From the human T2T-CHM13v2.0 reference genome, Homo sapiens, in the NCBI RefSeq assembly GCF_009914755.1, contig NC_060936.1: DNA of 64,000 nt; one strand, given 5' to 3'. Shown piece by piece: positions 23,001 through 46,071 of this stretch. Under the pieces are notes generated by a model, which was given only the letters and a program-made list of their open reading frames with translations, made no database searches and was not told the DNA's origin. Position 1 is the first letter of the stretch. The number at the start of each line of letters is the position of its first letter. Both the position numbers and the translations under genes were made by a program.

Positions 23001-23699
23001 GAATGTCTGTTTTTTCCTGTAACCCTGATGTTTTTCTTTCTGAGTCTCCTCAAAACTGGGGTTGGAGAAGTTCCCACTGGACCAGCAGGTATTGCTGATC
23101 CACCAGAACTACGCAGAGCAGGCTTGCCAATCCTTTCTTCATTCTCTGGGCAGCCAGGCTCCAAACCTTTCCTCTTTAGGGCTATTCCAGATCACTGGTG
23201 CCATTAGCCAATCATTTCGAAGTACTGACGGTGAAGGTGAGGCTCCCAGGTCCCCTAAGGCTCTGCAAGGCAGCTTTCTCCCTTCATGAGAACTATAGAG
23301 CTCCAAGTGGCTGCCAGCCACCCCAGTCTGCATTTCTGCAGGAGCCACAAGCCAACTCAGCCACAGGTCTGAAAAAGACCAGTGCAGTGTCTACTTTCTT
23401 TTTAATGGAACAGAGGTGACCCCAGAAATGCTGTTTTATAAAAGAATAAATTAGCTTAATTTAAATCCCAAGAAGTTCTCCCCCACACCACCACTTCCTG
23501 AAAGTCTTCTAAGGACCTGGAGTGGGGAGTTGCAGTCCACAGATAGGAAGAGTAGGAAGCATTGCTTCTGGGCAGATGTGGCATGTGGCATGTGGTCGTG
23601 TGTCTAGCTTCTAGCAAACTGATGACAATTCTGCAACTAGGGTCTGCTGTATTAAAAGCAAGTTAGTGATGGAGTGCACAGATAAGAAGATAGCATTTA

Positions 23700-23979
<280 letters not shown>

Positions 23980-24849
23980 TAGCATTTAGCAGCTGTGGTT
24001 GGGTCATCCCCTTATATTCAGCAGTAGTAACCTCCCCAGAGAGTTGTACCCTATTGTGAACTGCACACAGAAGGGGCCATGGAGAATGCAGTGGGGTAGA
24101 GGGGGTGAAGTAGCAGCATGGAGAGAGAAGGAAAGAGCACTGCCCACAATTCCTGACCCCTGCGCTGCTGTCTCCTCTCTACCACTGGCGTCATTCCCCT
24201 TTTCTAAGCTTCAGTTTTATCCTGACATAGTTGGACTCATTGATCTCTGTGGCTGTGCTAGCTCTAAAAATGTAGGCTTATGTGAAAATCTCTGAGATCA
24301 TTTAAAAATCAAGAGAGAGAGGCTGGGAAAAGTCTAAAGGGCATATAATATATATATTTGGCTTGCAGAATAGAGCAATTTGGAAAGCTATTGAAAAGGA
24401 ATGTCTCCAAGTAATTAGCTCTTTTCAAGTCTTCAGAAAAGGACTGAGAGAGAACAAACAGGTGAACGTGCAGGATGAAGGACTGATGTTAGACATGGCA
24501 AAACTGTGGACATTTCTGCCCGTGAGAGTTAGAACTGAAGCTGTGGGACTTCCTCCCTCAAAGATCTTCAAAATAAGTTACTATGTCATCTGTCAATATC
24601 TCTCTGGGACAAATGAGGTATGTGGAAACTGGAAAGAACCCTGGACTGGGAGTCATGAGTCCAGTTCTGCTTCACAAGGGTTTTCGGAAAGTCACTTTTC
24701 ACCTGTGACTCAACTACCTGATGTGGAAGTGAGGGGCCAGCCTAGGGCCTTGCCTCTAATGGTTGGGTGGGGGTAGAAACTCTTGGTATTGCTATCCAGA
24801 TGCTACTCCCGTTTCCACCTCCGGCTCCTTTCCAAGCTACTCTTTTTCC

Positions 24850-26700
<1,851 letters not shown>

Positions 26701-26787
26701 GGATCCAGAAGCATGATCAGGTTGAGGGTCAGTTTGTCTTGGTTTTTGTGTTTGGTAAACCTCAACCATTTGCTCTTTCTTTGAAAG

Positions 26788-26967
26788 CTGCACCAAAGCC
26801 AGCTGGAGCTTCAGGAGGTGCGTCTCTCCTGCCGACAGCTGCAGGTGAAGGTGGAAGAACTCACTGAGGAGAGGAGTCTGCAGAGCTCTGCCGCCACCAG
26901 CACATCCCTCCTGTCAGAGATCGAGCAGAGCATGGAGGCTGAGGAGCTGGAGCAGGAGCGAGAGCAG
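26788..26967 (+). CDS. BICDL1: BICDL1 coding exon (180 nt, phase 0-0): LHQSQLELQEVRLSC...TSLLSEIEQSMEAEELEQEREQ; contains Spindly-motif-like SLLSEI
   Basis: ctttctttgaaag| acceptor, CAG|gtgctg donor; 60 open codons; LxxE-phi resembles the dynactin pointed-end-binding Spindly motif. Confidence 0.95.
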
Positions 26968-27676
26968 GTGCTGACCTGCCTGTCACCCCACAGGCGAGGC
27001 TACCTGGGGTTGCTTAGGTCTCATCCTCCTCCCTAGTGCTCAGCTGCCATCCTGGCAAGGCTGTGCCCCTGTGCCTGTGTCAGCCCCTTGGCCTGCTGGC
27101 TAGAGTGTCATGAAGCAGGCCCTGATGGAGCATGTCCCTGGCCCTCCATTTTCCACCCACTTTATCCATTAAGGCATTGAGCAGAATTGCTAGAGGACAG
27201 AGTATCATAGGCACAGCCAATTCCCACTCATTGTCACCCCAGTTCCTCTTAGGAAATGCTTGTGCCATCAGCTCCATACCTGTTATACTGACAGAGTTCC
27301 AGAGCAGTCATGATCCATCTTCTCCATCTAACTGGTTTCTTTTCACACTTTTCATAATACAGAACCATTCATTCCCCTGATTGTTTTCTGACTCCCACCA
27401 AAATAACTGATTATATAAAGAAGTGCTTTATATTGTGAATGGAAGAAGCTAGAGAACAGGGAGAATAAGAATTTGGAATCTGTATAAATGTACTTGGTTC
27501 AGAATAAGTATTATTTCTTGGGACAAATGAGTTAAAAAAAAAACACAGAACAAAAAACCCTTTCTTCTAGAACTGGTGTCTTGGGTATCAGTATTTTGGG
27601 TTCAGAGCTAGAAAAAGATGGCCAGGTAGCAGTCTTCTCTAGAGTCTGAAATGAATAGTAATTCTCTGTGGAACAG

Positions 27677-27895
27677 CTGAGACTGCAGCTCTGGGAAGCC
27701 TACTGCCAGGTTCGCTATCTGTGCTCACACCTTCGAGGCAATGACAGTGCTGACTCAGCCGTCTCCACGGACTCCTCCATGGACGAGTCTTCAGAAACCT
27801 CGTCCGCCAAGGATGTGCCAGCCGGCAGCTTGCGCACTGCCCTCAATGAGCTCAAGAGACTGATACAGAGCATTGTGGATGGCATGGAGCCCACG
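27677..27895 (+). CDS. BICDL1: BICDL1 coding exon (219 nt, phase 0-0): LRLQLWEAYCQVRYLCSHLRG...LIQSIVDGMEPT
   Basis: gaacag| acceptor, ACG|gtaaga donor; 73 open codons. Confidence 0.96.
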
Positions 27896-28034
27896 GTAAG
27901 AGGCCAGTCTGAGATGGTCCTTACCCCACAGGAGCTGGCTGGTGGGAGGTTAGAACCCAGTGCATAGGGTGAGGTCAGCCATGGAACTGGAACCCTATAA
28001 AATATCTGCAAGAATTCTTCTGAGCCCTTATTGG

Positions 28035-29376
<1,342 letters not shown>

Positions 29377-29608
29377 ACAATCTCTCTTCTTGACCCCTTC
29401 TTCCTTCCACCTTTTGTCTCTTCCCTCCTCCTTTTCTCCTTCCCTTCATCTTCCCTACTATCTTTCCCCACTATCTTTCCCCACATCATTCCTCCACTCT
29501 CCCCCATTTCTCCTCTCCTTCTCTCCCCGACTAACCATCTCTCTCCCCCTTCCCTATCTCTCCTGTACCCTTACCATATCTGTCTGGCTGTCTTTCTTTT
29601 ACTGTCAG

Positions 29609-29752
29609 GGCTCCCGGAGACTTGATGATGACTCCTTAGAAGAACAGATAAGGCAGACCAGTGAGGACTCGAGAGCCCTAAGGGAGCTCATGGAGGGAGA
29701 GAGGGGTAAACTGAGGCAAAGCCTAGAAGAGCTGCAGCGACTCCACAGTCAG
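29609..29752 (+). CDS. BICDL1: BICDL1 144-nt in-frame (probably cassette) exon: GSRRLDDDSLEEQIRQTSEDSRALRELMEGERGKLRQSLEELQRLHSQ
   Basis: tcttttactgtcag| acceptor, CAG|gtgagc donor; 48 open codons, phase 0-0; the recalled 573-aa protein joins MEPT directly to VTLLSV, implying this exon can be skipped. Confidence 0.9.
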
Positions 29753-30551
29753 GTGAGCACCCCAACCTTCAGTTCAGTGCAGGGCATGTGCACCTGCCCC
29801 TGGCTCTCTTGGGACCCTTTTGAGTTTCTCTCTCCCATTTCTGTGTGAGAAGTGGCTCTCCTTCATCAGATCATCAAGGAATGGTGACCTGAAGTTGAGG
29901 TAAACTGAATGTCTTCAAGAGAAGAACCCAGTCCTTTAGCCCAAAGTAAAATTGGCAGGGATGAGAATGGCTGGTCCTCCATTTCCTCCAGTGACACTCT
30001 GCCTTATACAGAGCCAAAGTTAATCTGACTGGTAGATGCTGACAGCCCTCGGGCTACTTATGGGTGCTTTTCCAGCAGTTGCTGGGCAGGGAAGTTTGCA
30101 AACCAAGGAACAATTGATCTTTACAGCACAGTTCCCTTTTGTAAGTGCCATCACTTCTCTCAGCCTGTTCTTCTGCTTTAGAAGAACTTACTGCTACCCT
30201 TGCTGTTCCTTTCTCATTTGATCACGATTTCATCTCTCTAGAGAACGCTGAAGGAAGACATTTATATTCTCATCTGAGAAACTTTAAAGGACTTATAGGC
30301 AGCCCCACCCAAAAAGGAGCTTCTAAAACCTATCCTAGGAGATAGATAAAGGCTCTTCCTGTTGACTGTGGTCATGTGTAGAGGTTCTGTGCTGCTTGGG
30401 AGTAGGGGCTGGGGTAGCACCAAGCAAGCAGCATCTAAACCTTGCTCCTGCCCCTGTCCTTTCCTGGCTCAAAGCTGTTCACGCCTTGCTGCTGCATGAG
30501 GTTTCTTTGAGATGGAATTTAAGCCTGCCTTTCACTTCAGTCAGTATTTCC

Positions 30552-31329
<778 letters not shown>

Positions 31330-34300
31330 GTTGTAGCTTGCTCACAGCCGAACGCTAGAGACTTGGGTTAGGCAGCCACAGACATTCACCCGCCTGAAAC
31401 CTAAGTTCTTCAGCGGGTAATTTGGCCAGAGAGTGATTCAGACTCAGAGACAGATCTTCTAAACTGGAAAAATAAAATGCAGGAGAAAGTTGAATCTGTA
31501 AGGTCTTTGGATTAATAAAAGTTTTGCTTATTTTAAAGCCTATTTAAATTTCCATAGGGTGCTTCTGTTCATGAGTTCTTTAATATTAACTGGTTTTGTT
31601 GTTTTGTTTCTCAGAATTATAAAACTAGAACTCCACAGTGGATGCGGGGGGCATTGTTTTATTCAGAAACATAAGCAAATTGTAGGTTGCCAAGATTCTA
31701 CTGTAGAATATTTAGGAACCCATTTCCACCTCGAAATTTTTCTTAGAAGTTCAGCTGATAATGGTTTAGGCCAGTTGCTGTGGATTCTCTTTCAAATGGT
31801 TCACCAAGTGGAAGGTTGTACTCATGTCCCACGCGGGGTATAGAATTGGACTTCTGTAGGCCATCTCTTCCCAGATGCTCAGTCAAAGCAGAAAACCTCT
31901 CAGCCACACCGCACGTAGCAAAGCCACCTCATGGGGAGTAACACTGGCCTCCCAAGGCAGGGGTAGGGTGCAGATTGAGTCCCAGAATGACTGCAGAAAT
32001 TGCAGCCATCACAGCAGGCATGGCGTTCTGCATGCAAGGTTGGTTCAACATCCACTGACACCCACTGCGTGCCTGGTGCTGCACTAGGCCCTGAGAGGCA
32101 CCAGATGGATGTGCAGGGCCCCTGCTCTCTAGGACCCCACAGTGCCAAGAGGACAGTCAGAGCCATCTCTGAGCCCTTTTGGGGGCAAGGCCCAGACATG
32201 GTTAGGTGGGACTGAGGTTCTAGCACACAGCTCCTGGACTGGGCTCAAACCTCATCTGATGGCTGACCCAGCCTCTGAGCCTGTCACCTGAGAGTGTTCT
32301 TTTCTCTCTTGAAAACTAGGCCAGAGGTCAAAGGTGTGGGGGCTGGAAGCCTATCCAAACTTTAAAATAAAGGAAAGCGTAGGTTTAATTTGACCGGTAA
32401 TTATTTTTTAGAAGCAAAATCCATACCCAGACCCGAAGACTTGCTGGCACCTGTTATTGTGCTTAAGGAACAAAGTCCTTCCTGTGGTGGTGTGCCCCCT
32501 CCTACCCCACTCCCATCAGTGGCAAGGAACTGCCTCCTCCTCTGTTCCCCAAGTGGCCCACCCCTCACCTCTGGTGTGTGTGGAGCAGCTGCTAGGATGC
32601 AGGGGGGTCTTCTGCGATTAGTCTGTAGAATATGAACACGTTATCGGTGAGGCCCTCAGCCAGTTCTCAGGCCTGTCACCCAGGTGGCAGGAGGCTCAGT
32701 TAGAAGCATCCCATTTCTGTTGTTTGGATCCTTCATGCTTGACTCGAGTGCACACTTGTTACTCCAGAAGGGGCATGAACATGCAGAGAGTGCTGGGAGC
32801 CTGTGGGCTTCACTCGCCAAATCTGGGTGCCTCTCCTCTGAAATCTCAGCATGGCCATCTCCTCCATCCTCCGTCCTCCTAGCTCCTGCCCTATTTCAAG
32901 ACCTGCATCCTTTCACACCCTGGCTATGGTCACCACTTCCCAATTTATCTGCCTTCCCCCAGCCCGCCCACCCTCACACGCTTTGGATTGATCTTCCTGA
33001 AGCGTGACTTGAAAGTGGGACGCCCCTTACAAGTTCTGGGTGGGTTCCCATTATCAAATAGCAGGAAGCCTTGAGCTGTTGTGGCTGTGCAGTCTGGCTG
33101 CATTCCAGCCGCACAGCCTGCGTCCCTCTGGTTTACCTCTTGCCCCCTTTGCTTTAGCAGAACTGAACATAGGATACAAAGGGCAGTGGCACATGCACCC
33201 CATGCTACCCACACCTGGGCCTTCTCCCCAGCTTTCTCTGTGCCCAGAAGGCCTTCTCTCTCACCTGCTCATATCTCCATGCTATTCAGCCTTCAAGTTC
33301 CCAATCTAGCATCACTTCCTCCTGAAACCCTCTTGATTCCTTTCCTCATGGAGCACCCCTGTCTCTGTCTTGTCACAGTTACCCTGCTCACATCTCATCT
33401 TCTCAGTCAAACCCTAGACCCCATGAGGATGAGCTCAAGGTCTGATCTAGCTGTGTCCTCTCCTAAAGCAGCTAGTACAGTGCCTTGCTGAGAATAAGCA
33501 CTCAAATGTTGTTGAACAAAAGAGCAAATTAAGCCTTCAATATCTGACTTTTGAATGTTTTCTTTGCTATTTAATTGCGGGGACACCCACCTTATTTGGG
33601 AAAAGTGGATTTAGGGGTGGATGTAACCTAAGTCTTTGTATAAACAAGCCAGATCAGTTATCATGACAGCAGTGATTAGGTCCCACCTTGCAGGAGGGAG
33701 GAGAGAGTAGAGCTTACAACCACATGCATTGAGCCCTTGATATCATTTATCTCGTAATCCTCAACGACAACTTAGTGGTGAGAAATAGTTATTTTTATTT
33801 CCGCTTATTATAAAAAGTATGTATAGCTCAAAGAGGGCAAGTGCCTTGTCACCTCTCCTAAGGCACATGTCTGGTAGGCTGTAACTCGACCAGGTTTTTT
33901 AGGCCAAAGCAAAAAGTTCTTCTGAAGTTTCATCTGGAGCATATTAAATGTTGGCTTTTCCTGCCTAGCATATAGTTTTACCTGTCCCTTACTCTGCTGG
34001 CAGAATGTCCGACTGGCCCACAGCTGGTCCAAGGCCATGGCAGGGCTCATTTGGCCTAAGAGGAGGTCTGGCTGTCTCTTCCAGGTGCTTTGTAGGTCTT
34101 GAGTCCTGGCCTACCAGGCTGCAGAGTCTGCTGCTAAATAGGGGGAGGCTGGGCTCTGCCCTGGTGCCTTGTCTGCCTCGGGGCTAGATGCATGTGTGTG
34201 CTGGGTAGCTGCAGGTGCTCCAGCCTGTTCTTCCCCGAGGCTTCCGCCCTCCTCACCCAGCTGTCCCTACCGGAAAAGCTGCTGCTTTGGGCTGTTCTCA

Positions 34301-34809
34301 GTACAGAGCACCCGGCCCTGATGTTTCCTGCTAGACTCTGCAGAGTATAAAACCCATTGCTTATGGTGGCAACAGATTGTCCTTCTGTCCCTCTTCACTG
34401 TTGGGTGTCCTCTGAATTCCTCCAGAGTGGCTGCTACCCCAGGGGCTGGCAGCTCTGCCGTCTCGTTCTGGAGAATGTCTGAAATGTATTGATTTTCAGA
34501 CACTTCAAGATCAAGGGAAGCTTGATCTTCAGCCTTACACCTGGGGCCTTTGCTCAGTTTCATTCTAGCTGAAGAGGATTAGACCTGGGACTTGAAGAAC
34601 AGAGGAGTATGCTGAAAGGTGGCATTTGTCCCGTTGTGGGAGGGAGGCAGACCTGTATGGATGGATCCTCCCTTGGAAAAATGTCAAAGTATGTGTAATA
34701 TTTAACATGAAGGCAGGGCTAGGCATCCTGACTCACGTCTGATCTTATCAACTGAGAAGAAGGGGCTCCCACCCTTTCATTATTCAATAAATATTTATTG
34801 AAAGCTCTA

Positions 34810-35220
34810 CCAGGCAGGGTTTCTGGTTGCAAACAGCAAAACATGTACTCTGCTTAATGTAAGCAGAAAGAGAATGTATGAGACCTGAAAGCTTACAGAA
34901 TCAACAGGAAAGTGGGAGAACCCGGTTCCAAAACAAGAAAGGGCCATGGGAAAAGGGACAACAAACAAACTGCCGCCCTTGTCACTAATTCCTCCCTCGC
35001 CTGGGGCTTTGCTGTGCTCAGAGCTGCAGTCCCTGGAAGGGGTTGTAACTGGCAAGTTTGGTCACAGGCCCACGCCCAGACTGCCTGGGAAAGGAAATGT
35101 CTATTCCCTGTTGGCTTCTTTAGTTGGAGGTCAAGCCTTGTGTCACACCAAGTCTCACACAACCAGGAGTGCCCCCAAAATGGGAAGAGATTTCGGATGA
35201 TGACTAGCCAAAAAATGACA
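34810..35220. mobile_element. Probable degenerate MaLR (MLT1-type) LTR
   Basis: cagggtttctggttgcaaacagcaaaac...ctctgcttaatgtaagcagaaagagaat resembles an MLT1 LTR end; boundaries approximate. Confidence 0.5.
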
Positions 35221-36052
35221 ATTGTCTACTGCTTTGGGATTAAGCACCCTACACAGCCAGGCTCTGGGATGCACAGATGGATGTGACATGCTTCCTGCCA
35301 TCACACAGATCATGGTGTACACAGGGTTACCATACTGTGGGGCAGGGTAAGCTGTGGTCCCTGACGGAGCCACTGGAGGGGTGCCTCACTGCCAAAGGTT
35401 GACTCCCAGCTGGGGCACAAGGACCTGAGAAGGTGGTGGTGCCCTTTGCTGAAGCATGGGCCACAGAAAAGGTAACAGGTTTGAGGTGGAAGATGATAAT
35501 GTCACTTAGGTGTCTAAGTTCCCTGTGGCTTTCACCTGGGGAGCTGAATGAGGAACTAAAGCGAGCTGGGCTGTGCCAAGGGCTGTCACGGGGGAGCAGG
35601 GACTCCAGCTTTGGAATCATCCAGGGCTCTGTTGATAGCAGCATCCATGTTGAGTGGGAGATGGTGGGAAAGGGAACGGGATTCCCTACCCTAAAAACTG
35701 TGTGTCATGATGACTTATGGTCTTCATTCACTTGTTACCTGGAGTGCCTGGAGATGGAGGAGGTAGTATGCCGTGCTGAGTGCAAAGGGAAGATCTGGCC
35801 TACGGCTGCAGGTCCAGAGCTAAATTCCCCCCAGCTCCCTTGCTGCCGAGCTCAAGCCTAGCATGTGATGTGGTACCCTTTCTTCAAGAGAGACAGGCCC
35901 TCTCTTGAAGCAGGATGGCAGTGGAATGCTACCAGCTTGCACCCCCACACATGTACCCTGGTCCTGCCTGGGGTCTCTTTGTTCCTTTTTCCCTCTTGGA
36001 GGGAAAACCACCCAGGACAGCAGCAGTGATACCATATTCATTCTCCTGTTAG

Positions 36053-36183
36053 GTGACACTGCTGAGTGTGGAGATGACTGCCCTAAAAGAGGAGAGAGAC
36101 CGACTCAGAGTCACTTCTGAGGACAAGGAGCCAAAGGAGCAGCTTCAGAAGGCCATCAGGGACCGCGACGAGGCCATTGCAAA
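36053..36183 (+). CDS. BICDL1: BICDL1 coding exon (131 nt, phase 0-2): VTLLSVEMTALKEERDRLRVTSEDKEPKEQLQKAIRDRDEAIA(K)
   Basis: ttctcctgttag| acceptor, AA|gtgagt donor; completes codon AAG with the next exon. Confidence 0.96.
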
Positions 36184-36467
36184 GTGAGTAGGGATGGCTT
36201 CACTTTATTCTTAAGATAAAGTTGAGTATATAGAATTGAGCATATGCTCAATTTTTTAAATTAAATCATACAAAAGAATACAAAGGTAAAAGTTAGTTTC
36301 CCCGCTACCCACCCCCACCCCCACCCCCACCCCCATTCCCATTCTCCTCCCCAGACACATGCTGGTATTGAAAGTTAGCTGTGCATTTTTTGCAGCTCTT
36401 TTTCTTATGCATATGTAGGTGTGTAGGCAATGTAGTTATTATGTGTTTTTAGACATCAATAGGATGA

Positions 36468-41042
<4,575 letters not shown>

Positions 41043-41544
41043 TTAAGATCATATTCTGTCATCAGCATGGAAGGTGGGATGGAAGGTGGGGGATACAAAC
41101 AGAGAAAGTGTCAGGGTGCAGGAGAGAAGAAGCAAGTTGTCCAGTCTTTCTCCCTTTAAAAAAAAAAAAAAAAAAAGTAAAACCTAGCTCTGCCACCTGG
41201 GTGAGCAAATCTACATGAAACCTTGTAATGCATGCTCTTGCCTGCTTTCAAAGGAGGCCCAGTTACTATCCAGGAGTCTGATTAGACTTGCAAATTCTCC
41301 CCTCTGGAAGGATGCCCCCAGTAGGGAGAACTCTGGAGCAAGGGTCCTGTCCTTCCTGGACTCCTATAGAACAGGGCTGGCTGGGCAGTTAGGTTACTCT
41401 GGGAGGATAGTTCTTTTCCCATACCTTAGAAATGAATTTTTGTTATACAAGAATTGAGACGACAAGCCTAAGGAATCATTTAAAGAGGAAACCACACCCC
41501 CCATTTGTATAGTAACTTAGTTTTACCAGATACTTCTTCCATAT

Positions 41545-41720
41545 ACGTTATCTCTGATTCTCCATCCTGGCCGCACATTACAATCATCTGGGGAGCGCTC
41601 AGACACCAGGAACCTCACCAGAACAATACAGTTGAAATCACGGGGTGGGGTCAGTTGGGTGGGGCCCACTTCTTTCCCCCTTGATTTTAATGTGTAGTCA
41701 GGGGTGAGAATCCCTAAGAA
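41545..41720. mobile_element. MER5A-like hAT DNA transposon remnant
   Basis: tctccatcctggccgcacattacaatcatctggggagc...gattttaatgtgtagtcaggggtgagaatcc, the typical MER5 imperfect inverted structure. Confidence 0.65.
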
Positions 41721-42039
41721 ATATAACTTCCTTCTCGTCACTGGGCTGCAGAAACCTTAAGGTGCACCTTCTCCTATACAATAAATGAGTTTCAGGAAAA
41801 TTAAGTAGCAATTTTTTTATCTCCTTGCAGGTGAAGGGCCTTCACTAAAACCAAAAATAAATCTTGGGCTAGCAATCTGCCTTACAAAAACAAGTCAGTT
41901 ACTAGTGGTTTCATTTGTAAAAAGGAATTATTCGAGCCCTTGGAATATTCCTATTTTTAAAATGTGATTAATGTGTTGATCCTGGTCTGGGGTTTCCCAT
42001 GAATGACGAGCACTTATTCCTTGGTGAGCAAATGTCCCA

Positions 42040-42740
42040 AGGGTGCAGCGCGTGGCCAGGATTGGAGGTCGTCCAGGCAGCCCCTGCCTCAGGGCGTTTT
42101 TTGGCAAGGAAGGGAACCCCACCATGCCCGGCGCTGCGCCGCGGCTGTAGCCCTGGGCCCATCTGTCCCTCGCCGGCAACGTTAGTCAGCACATTCCTGG
42201 GGCTCCCGCTGCTCTCGGCGCCACCTGCCGGGGGACGCCGGAAGCTCAGGAGGCTGTGGCTGTCGTGGGGCACCACGGGTTCTGACGCTACTGGAGGGGT
42301 GTCCATGGCAACCGATGCCGCGTGAGGATTTCCGCTGTTTGCTGCCAGCCAATAGCAGTGGGTGTGACGGAGGCAGCCTTCGGCATCTGAGCCCTCAGCA
42401 TCCATTAGACGGGCTCGGGTCCCGTCGCTGCCGCAGTGGGCGGGGCTGACGCGGTGGCTGAGCTGTCTGGAGCGGTTTCTCTAGGGAAGGCAGGCGGGCC
42501 GGCGGGCGGGGCGCACTTGCGGTGTCGGCACAGGTGACTAATTGCTCGGTAGACCTGAAGCCAAAGAAGAAGTGCTGGTCGCAGCAGTGGCCTGAGCACT
42601 TTGCAAGTGGGATCCACCTGTTCCTTTTTCTGGCCGCACTTCGGTTAGTGCGGTCGGTGTTGTGAAGCTCGAGCTAGGCGGCCTCTGCAGGCGGATCCTC
42701 TAGCTGCCCTTGAGCCCTGCACATTAGTCGCTGGCCCTGT
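42040..42740. promoter_or_regulatory. Intronic CpG island / candidate internal promoter with RFX X-box, CCAAT box and GC boxes
   Basis: Sharp CpG enrichment against a CpG-poor intron; GTGTCCATGGCAAC 42299-42312; AGCCAATAG (CCAAT 42349-42353); GGGCGGGG at 42438-42445 and 42504-42511; several TGACG half-sites. Confidence 0.8.
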
Positions 42741-43087
42741 ACAAGGAGCATGCTTTTGTTAGCTTTGCTGTTTTGAGTGCTTAAGGGAGCGATTAATGAA
42801 GGCAAGGGCTAAATAATACACGTTTCTGCAGTTGGGCAACCAGGGCTGCCTCTGCAGAGGTCCTTCCACCTTTATTCCCGTTCCCCTGCCCTCGAAAAAA
42901 ATTAATTTTCTTTTGCATTGAACAGCCGTGATTTAGGAATGTTGGGAAAGGTGAACAAAGTAATACGTGAAACACAAATGTGAAAATAAAAAAATGCAAA
43001 ATAATGTCGGAGGAGTTACCCATCAGTAATCATCACCCAGAGATAACCAACTAGACATTTTTGTGCATATCCTTGAACACACAGGCA

Positions 43088-44843
<1,756 letters not shown>

Positions 44844-45112
44844 TCAACTTCTGTTTCTTTATCCGTGAGGTGGGGATGACAAATATTCCTTTCACCTACA
44901 GGTTGGTTATGAAAACTGGGAGAATATATGTGAAAACATGTTGCAAACTAACCCTCCGCAGGCAACATCATAGTTATTGTTGCAGCTGCTATTTGTTGTG
45001 AGTTCAGGGTCAGAGCCTGTTTCCTCATCCTGGGACTCCAGGTGCCCCAAGTAAAGACCAAGATGCCTCTGGCACAAGGTGTCCATGTTCACCCTGGCTT
45101 GTCTGTTCTCAG

Positions 45113-45233
45113 GAAGAATGCTGTGGAGCTGGAACTTGCCAAGTGCAGGATGGATATGATGTCTCTGAACAGCCAGTTGCTGGATGCCATTCAGCAGAAA
45201 CTGAACCTCTCGCAGCAGCTGGAAGCTTGGCAG
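45113..45233 (+). CDS. BICDL1: BICDL1 coding exon (121 nt, phase 2-0): KNAVELELAKCRMDMMSLNSQLLDAIQQKLNLSQQLEAWQ; BicD-type Rab-binding C-terminal coil
   Basis: tgttctcag| acceptor, CAG|gtaaac donor; AIQQKL matches the BicD/BICD2 cargo-binding motif (MAIQQKLALTQRLE). Confidence 0.97.
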
Positions 45234-46071
45234 GTAAACTGGAGCCTGAGATCCAGGGCGAGAGGAGACTCCAGGAGGAATCTCTGAACCCAGGCAGAGT
45301 GTAAGGAGAGTTTGCCACTGGAGGGTTCCATGTGACTGGGTGAACAGCACATCCCAGTCTTCACCTGGCAAGATCCAGAGCTCATGTCCCCTAGTCCTTG
45401 GGGAAGAATGCTTAAGGATGCTTTTGAGCGACAGTGCCCAGGCTGCTGCTGTCTGGAGATGTAGTGATCTCCAGACTTGGAATGGGGCCCCCTTTCAGCT
45501 GGTTGTCTGGGCTTTAAGCTGGAAAGAAACAACTGGTTAACATGGAGGCCCAGGAAGCTCAGTATAATTGCATGAAAATTCACAGCGGGATGCGGCTCAG
45601 CAACCCTCCTGCAGCCAGCAGCTGCTACCCTTCCCCTTCTCAAGGGCCAGCCTCCATTTTCCAAAGAGCACTGTGCTGGCACAGGCCCTGGGGAAGAGGA
45701 GTCAGTGGGTCCCTCTCTAGACCCACTGTTTTCAGGGTCCAGCATGGCTCCCCACTGGACTGGGCTGTGGCTGGCTGGGTTTTGTTCGTGAGGTTGAGGT
45801 AGCACAGTTTTAGGATATGGGTATAAACATTAATATTTCTCCCCAAGAATTCTCATCCAGACAGATGAAAAGCCGTCTGTGGCTTTACAAGGTAAGCCCC
45901 CCGTGGAGGGCAGGTTGTTGGTGACCATTCCTCCCAGGGCCCCATGGGGCTGGCAGCCAGAACACTGGCCCCACCGCAGGGTGCCCGTCCCTGGCTCCTT
46001 GGCTCCTGCATGGCAGCCAGCTGGCCGCGCCCTGGCTGACCGCTGCTCTCTCTCTTCTCTCCCGGCTACAG

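Noticed and set aside
41811-41836. Pyrimidine tract + CAG|GTGAAG as a recursive splice site
   Set aside because: The reconstituted donor is weak and the intron is only ~9 kb; could be a cryptic acceptor but unsupported
41928-42617. ORFs of 60-145 aa across the CpG island
   Set aside because: Expected in GC-rich sequence; mostly non-ATG starts; no homology recognised
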